A stretch of DNA of 64,000 bases from IMG/VR virus record IMGVR_UViG_3300007511_001983, positions 1 to 64,000 of that record. One strand, given 5' to 3'. The notes beneath the pieces were generated by a model, which was not told the origin of the DNA, did not search any database, and saw nothing but the letters and a program-made list of their open reading frames with translations. Both the position numbers and the translations under genes were made by a program. The stretch's first letter is position 1; each line of letters begins with the position of its first letter. This DNA is from an uncultured virus (IMG/VR IMGVR_UViG_3300007511_001983) (Duplodnaviria; Heunggongvirae; Uroviricota; Caudoviricetes). Of this stretch, positions 60,492 to 64,000 are shown one piece after another.

Positions 60492-60892
60492 GCGAGAGTA
60501 AAGAGATCAGCGATGTGCGATGGTTAGAACACGGCAAAGAAGGGTATCTGATGCAATTCTGCACAATAGATGATAAGGTACACCAGCGAGATCCTACAGA
60601 ATATTCAGTAATGATTATGAACGCAATGAGTACCCCCATGGATCTAGCGGTATTAAAAGAGGGAGGTGAGAATGGAGAACCACCCAGATTACCATCCCTA
60701 AATGATATCCCTTGGAGTGAACTTCACGATGGGTTCAAGGAGGCACTTCGTGAGTATAGGGTGTTCGGAGATGATACAAGGGTGATTCGTAGAATGTGGT
60801 TTCGTGAAGATAATGGTGATATAGTTCCAGTTATCGTTAAGAGTGAGAATAGTGTGGAAGTTGGTTTATTCGCCGAGGGCGTTGAGAAATGA
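60464..60892 (+). CDS. Hypothetical protein
   Basis: Operon ORF. Confidence 0.5.
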   Translation: MAREENKRMSESKEISDVRWLEHGKEGYLMQFCTIDDKVHQRDPTEYSVMIMNAMSTPMDLAVLKEGGENGEPPRLPSLNDIPWSELHDGFKEALREYRVFGDDTRVIRRMWFREDNGDIVPVIVKSENSVEVGLFAEGVEK

Positions 60893-61593
60893 GTGCCTCT
60901 GACGAAATCCTACACAATTACACCCTAAACATGGCCAAAGATCACGGCCCGTCATCATACAAAGATGACAAAATGCCCGGAACATATATGGCCGAAACCG
61001 ACGAAGATCAGATCGTGGAAGATATGCTCAACGCTGTCGTTAAGAAGGTTCGTAATCAGACACTAGAAGACCACAAAGAGTTCGGAGACATGTGGAACAA
61101 TCCAGTTAAAAATACTGACCCCAAAGAGATCTTCACCCCAAAGTTCGTCTCAATCCATAATGAAGATGCTAAGTTCTATCCCGTCAGCAAAGGTGACCTA
61201 GTTGAGATCCCGAATCCCGAAGATCCAAATGAAAGCTACAAAGGTGTTCTAATCGATATCTTGAAGCCAAATCCTGCCTGGATCCTCGATCAAAACGATC
61301 AAATGTCAGCGCCCTCAAGCTTGCCAGAAGATATTAAAAAAGCTATGAACGAATCATCTGGGCGTAGCGATAAACACGATATCTACTGGGAATTAAACGA
61401 CGATCAACGAACTGATAAGATGACTCACGAATCTTTGTATGAAGTTCTGGCAAACTCAAAAGTATATAGATTCAGATCAAACAAGATCCGAAAGGTTGGT
61501 GCAACTAAGCTTGTTAACGAAGAAGCCAAGATTGAACAACCCTCAGAGATGAGCTTTCACGGGATGATGGACGCAATGGGAATTACAGGATGA
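60889..61593 (+). CDS. Hypothetical protein with internal KOW-like unit
   Basis: VSKGDLVEI...KGVLI. Confidence 0.5.
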   Translation: MSASDEILHNYTLNMAKDHGPSSYKDDKMPGTYMAETDEDQIVEDMLNAVVKKVRNQTLEDHKEFGDMWNNPVKNTDPKEIFTPKFVSIHNEDAKFYPVSKGDLVEIPNPEDPNESYKGVLIDILKPNPAWILDQNDQMSAPSSLPEDIKKAMNESSGRSDKHDIYWELNDDQRTDKMTHESLYEVLANSKVYRFRSNKIRKVGATKLVNEEAKIEQPSEMSFHGMMDAMGITG

Positions 61594-61793
61594 TCAACTA
61601 CAGCTTCAAACCGGGTGATCTCGTATTCTATTATGCTGTAGCAACTCTCGACCCGAGAAATAACAAGCCAACATTCCTAATAAGCGAATGGGAAAACGGG
61701 TTCGTTGGCTTGATCGACGGGAAGAGGCACTACATAAATAAAAATTGCCTATGGCGAAGTCAATACATCAATAACAAGATTGTGTATAATTGA
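61590..61793 (+). CDS. KOW/SH3-like protein
   Basis: FKPGDLVFY. Confidence 0.55.
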   Translation: MINYSFKPGDLVFYYAVATLDPRNNKPTFLISEWENGFVGLIDGKRHYINKNCLWRSQYINNKIVYN

Positions 61794-61826
61794 AACTGTG
61801 ATATATAATATCTACAGAGGATACAG

Positions 61827-62075
61827 ATGAAGCAAACATTCTTTTTAGACGTTCGAACCCAAGAAGAACATGCCCGAAGCAATATTCCGGGAGACCTCAA
61901 CATCAGTTCAATCGAAATCCAGAACCACCTGACTGACCTACCGATGGACAAGACAATCTTGATCTACTGCCGATCCGGAAAACGTGCTGAATATACAAAG
62001 CATATTTTGTTAGCAAAGGGGTTTCAAGCTGAGAACGTTGGAACTGTAGAGGCTGCAAGGAAGTTGCATGACTAA
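61827..62075 (+). CDS. Rhodanese-like protein
   Basis: LDVRT..E....IPG; YCRSGKRA. Confidence 0.85.
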   Translation: MKQTFFLDVRTQEEHARSNIPGDLNISSIEIQNHLTDLPMDKTILIYCRSGKRAEYTKHILLAKGFQAENVGTVEAARKLHD

Positions 62076-62814
62076 GCTCCTCCTCTTGTCTGATCTTCAC
62101 TTCGAATTCCACCGTGACATGCCAGAGTTTGTCGAAGGCCTCGATAACGATGTGGATGTGCTGGTGTTGGCAGGTGATATCACTGTGAATGACCAGATCG
62201 AGGACACTCTGGGCTTGTTCTGTGGCCGGTTCGAAAACGTGGTATTTGTACCAGGCAACCACGAATATTATCACTCAAGCCCACAAGCAATCAGTGATAT
62301 CAGAGATCGATGCCTCAAACGCCATGCCAATCTTGACTGGCTCAATAATAACGTTGCAGTAATCAATGGACAGCGTTTCCTCGGGAGCACAGGTTGGTTC
62401 CGTGATCATCCGACAAACTTCCCTTACGAGCGCAACATGTCAGATTTTAACGTGATCAATGACTTCAAACCGTGGGTATACGAAGAGCAAGCAAGGTTTG
62501 AGCAGTTCCTCGAGGCAAACCTACAAGTTGATGATATCGTTGTGACCCACCACCTGCCGAGTGAGGTATGCATCGATGATTTTTTTAAAGGTTCGTTTTT
62601 GAACCGATTCTTCGCCTGTGACTATTCGAACTTGATTTATAGTCGAGGGCCAAAGCTCTGGATGTATGGTCACACCCATTTCGAACAAGATCAAACGATT
62701 AGTAACACAAGGCTGGTCTGCAATCCTCGGGGATATCCGCACGAAAGAAACGCATTTGATCCCAGCGATAACGGAAAACAAAGCACTTACACAGGTAAGC
62801 TAATTACTGTATAA
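62068..62814 (+). CDS. Calcineurin-like metallophosphoesterase
   Basis: SDLH, LAGD, GNHE, THH, GHTH, NPRGY. Confidence 0.9.
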   Translation: MTKLLLLSDLHFEFHRDMPEFVEGLDNDVDVLVLAGDITVNDQIEDTLGLFCGRFENVVFVPGNHEYYHSSPQAISDIRDRCLKRHANLDWLNNNVAVINGQRFLGSTGWFRDHPTNFPYERNMSDFNVINDFKPWVYEEQARFEQFLEANLQVDDIVVTHHLPSEVCIDDFFKGSFLNRFFACDYSNLIYSRGPKLWMYGHTHFEQDQTISNTRLVCNPRGYPHERNAFDPSDNGKQSTYTGKLITV

Positions 62815-62867
62815 TATTACTGCAGCAACCATATATTTATTTGTAGACACACCCGGGAGGGGTAATA

Positions 62868-63218
62868 ATGGAAATCAAAGCAAACACACTTCGTCAGATC
62901 ATTCGTGAAGAGCTATCAAAGCTAAATGAGCAACCAGCAGACGGAGCCAATGAGTTCTATTCTGCCAAGGTAGGATTGCTCACCCAACTTATGGACAATC
63001 TAGACGAAGCACATAGCGCACTTGATGCAGTTGCTGAGTTAGCACAGAGCCTCGCAGCACACGAGCAATCAGCCGCTGCAGAAGACGCTGAGTTTATGGA
63101 GCAAATGCTCAAGCTAGAAGATGACTCTGTAAATCATCGTGACAATTCACTTGACCCTGACCTAAGATATGTCAAGGGCGAGCTTGATGCAGTTCAGGCA
63201 ATGTTTCACGGGGAATAA
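62868..63218 (+). CDS. Hypothetical protein with LRQIIREEL leader
   Basis: TLRQIIREELSKLNEQ; ATATTTAT upstream. Confidence 0.6.
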   Translation: MEIKANTLRQIIREELSKLNEQPADGANEFYSAKVGLLTQLMDNLDEAHSALDAVAELAQSLAAHEQSAAAEDAEFMEQMLKLEDDSVNHRDNSLDPDLRYVKGELDAVQAMFHGE

Positions 63219-63224
63219 GAGAAA

Positions 63225-63842
63225 GTGAAAACAACACTCAGCAACCTTAGGCAGATCATTCGCGAGGAGCTCACACGAGTTCTGGCTGAAGCTGATAGTG
63301 ACGGTGACGGTGAACTTAGCCCTGATGAACTCAGGGACTTGGCAGACAAGCTCGACAACGACACGGTTGATATCGTTGATGTAGAAACCGGCGAGGTGCT
63401 TTACATCGGCGCCGGCACTCAAAGAGGTATACCTGCTGCCAAAGCCGATGAGTTTATCGAAAAGCTTAGGCTGTCCGTCATCGTCGACGACAAAGACGGA
63501 ACTGAACGAAGCATCGAGCTGAGCAAGGCCGATTTTGAAAAGCTTGAGGCGCACATCGATGATGTCTATGACAGACCCGAAAGAGAAAAGGCCGCTGCTG
63601 CCCGCAAAGCAGAGGAAGAACGGCTGGATCCCAGAAGGCTCAAAGACGAACTCAGTCGAAGAGCAAAGATCGCCGGCGAAGAATACATGGCGGACAATCC
63701 AGATGCAAGCCTTGAGGATGTAGCTTTAGATCTGGCTGCCTCGGTTCTATACTCATTTGAACAGGATGAGCAAGAAGAGCTTCGATACGCCTTTGACGAC
63801 GACGAATATCAGCTTAACTTGTACGCAGCAGAAAGCATGTAG
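63225..63842 (+). CDS. Hypothetical protein with LRQIIREEL leader and EF-hand-like loop
   Basis: NLRQIIREELTRVLAE; DSDGDGELSPDE. Confidence 0.6.
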   Translation: MKTTLSNLRQIIREELTRVLAEADSDGDGELSPDELRDLADKLDNDTVDIVDVETGEVLYIGAGTQRGIPAAKADEFIEKLRLSVIVDDKDGTERSIELSKADFEKLEAHIDDVYDRPEREKAAAARKAEEERLDPRRLKDELSRRAKIAGEEYMADNPDASLEDVALDLAASVLYSFEQDEQEELRYAFDDDEYQLNLYAAESM

Positions 63843-63850
63843 AAAATAAC

Positions 63851-64000
63851 ATGAAGATCACAAAAAGCAGACTACAACAGATCATTCAGGAAGAGCTCAA
63901 GAGAGTTTTGACTGAGAGCAGCGACTGGCACAGTGATGAACATGAAACGCTGGCTGATCGTAAATTTGCTGACAGAGATTGGGCACCACCCGAGGCTGAT
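63851..64000 (+). CDS. 3'-truncated protein with MKITKSRLQQIIQEEL leader
   Basis: Translated by hand; runs off the window. Confidence 0.6.
   Translation, partial: MKITKSRLQQIIQEELKRVLTESSDWHSDEHETLADRKFADRDWAPPEAD

Overview
Gene-dense, entirely + strand segment of a large (jumbo/huge) bacteriophage genome. Evidence: bacterial-type Shine-Dalgarno sites and promoters, overlapping genes, DnaE-type polymerase, tubulin/FtsZ homolog, lysis-like genes, homing endonucleases, and many small hypothetical proteins. Standard code 11 is used (TAG is a real stop). Main observations: (1) a three-gene module of type III secretion needle-/inner-rod-like proteins resembling myxobacterial T3SS subunits, with a sigma28-like promoter and an inserted HNH gene but no other T3SS parts; (2) an in-frame UCG-UAG-UCG in the first PHP motif of dnaE, where a 6-nt ribosomal stop-hop would exactly restore the conserved motif; (3) two fractured genes (dnaE and IMPDH/GMPR), each split by a trans-splicing intein with a free-standing endonuclease between the halves; (4) a dNMP kinase/dCMP-hydroxymethylase-like fusion next to a Cys-less QueF homolog; (5) a tRNA-Ser with the bacterially rare AGA anticodon; (6) about 25 paralogous small KOW/SH3-like genes; (7) a shared N-terminal LRxIIxEEL leader on many unrelated proteins, linked to an ATATTTAT upstream motif; (8) ClpB, GroEL, FtsH, PpsA, SOD, a PilX-like pilin and other host-type genes. 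All family calls come from motif recognition by eye; no searches were run.
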